Of a stretch of DNA of 35,546 nt, positions 34,710 to 35,546 are shown piece by piece. The stretch is from Octopus bimaculoides (lineage: Eukaryota). Under the pieces are notes generated by a model, which was not told the DNA's origin, did no database searches, and worked only from the letters and a program-made list of their open reading frames with translations. How positions within the stretch are numbered: position 1 is the first letter of the stretch; each line of letters starts with the position of its first letter. The stretch spans positions 775,636 through 811,181 of the forward strand of contig NC_068988.1 in the NCBI RefSeq assembly GCF_001194135.2, in the 5' to 3' direction. The position numbers were made by a program, and so were the translations under genes.

Positions 34710-35322
34710 AAATTAGGCAACCATACGCGTACATTTATAAATTTGATTTAAAATGCGTATTCGTATATCAATACATATCGGCACAAATGAATATTTCCAA
34801 AATATTTATAAAATATAAATATATATATATATAATTATACCTAAAAATACATGTAAATGAACCCCATGTGGGATACGCATGGAAGGAAGAGTGAGAGAAA
34901 GATAACTGATAAAAAGTTTTTTGTACTAAAATTAAGAGTGGTTAGAGTCTCAATCTTTTATTAATTGTTCTACAAGGATATGAACTCTGAAAACGGCCGT
35001 AGAAAGAAAGTGGTCTTCCTCGAACTGTATTATATACCTTATATACCATTTCGATATTTTCAAAAACCACATCGAACTCTATGGCTCTTTTCATTGAAAC
35101 TCTTAACAGCTCTTAATTTTAGTACAAAACACTTTTATCAGTTCTCCTTTTCTCACTCTTCCTTCCATGCCTATCCCGCATGGGGTTTATTTACATATAT
35201 TTTTATGCATATTTATATTTTATAAGTATTTGTTTAAATATTCACATGTGTCGATATGTATTAATATATGTATACGCATTTTAAGTCGAATTTATAACTG
35301 TATGAATGTGATAGCCTAATTT
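34710..35322. mobile_element. Older inverted repeat (arms ~34710-34954 and ~35093-35322, ~138-bp spacer); Penelope-like inverted structure or MITE
   Basis: Arms align along their length with many substitutions (e.g. ccccatgtgggatacgcatggaaggaagagtgaga vs tctcactcttccttccatgcctatcccgcatgggg); hammerhead-like relic in the spacer. Confidence 0.65.
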
Positions 35323-35409
35323 GAGTTCATACCTTAAGTCTTATCTTTTGTCTCGGGTTCAACCCGAGCACTCCTTAAGCTGTTCTACATTTTTCGTAAG
35401 AAAGAACAA

Positions 35410-35441
<32 letters not shown>

Positions 35442-35443
<2 letters not shown>

Positions 35444-35546
35444 CTAGCTGTTTTTCCCGGTTTTACTCGGGCAGTGTAATGGATTTGGTTAAAGGTTATT
35501 TCCTATGTATATTTTGAATAATAAAAAGAACTAAAAATAAAAAAAA
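35442..35546 (+). mobile_element. Possible end of a non-autonomous Helitron/Helentron-like element next to (TA)n; truncated by the window edge
   Basis: tactagctg..cccggttttactcggg (ACTAG terminus plus small CCCG/CGGG hairpin). Confidence 0.35.

Noticed and set aside
35352-35368. Perfect 7-bp hairpin ctcgggt-tca-acccgag as a Helitron 3' hairpin
   Set aside because: No CTRR terminus at the expected distance on either strand

Overview
Gap-rich, AT-rich eukaryotic non-coding DNA. The SINE families, microsatellite load and N-gaps beside microsatellites suggest an octopus short-read scaffold (inference from recalled repeat sequences, not a database hit). No host protein-coding gene can be supported; nearly all ORFs in the track are microsatellite or N-gap artefacts. 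The window is a mosaic of at least three tRNA-derived SINE families, decayed LINE pieces (RTE-type RT C-terminus; Tx1/L1-type ORF2 3' end with zinc knuckle), DNA-transposon relics (hAT MITE, pogo/Tigger-like MITEs, piggyBac-like MITE, internally deleted Tc1/mariner) and mini/microsatellites. The main hidden signal is a set of Penelope-type minimal hammerhead ribozyme motifs. Two identical, near-canonical copies lie in inverted orientation inside a ~150-bp near-perfect inverted repeat (25066-25486). Four degenerate motifs lie at ~16010, ~21470, ~21580 and ~34970, the last inside a second, older inverted repeat of similar architecture.
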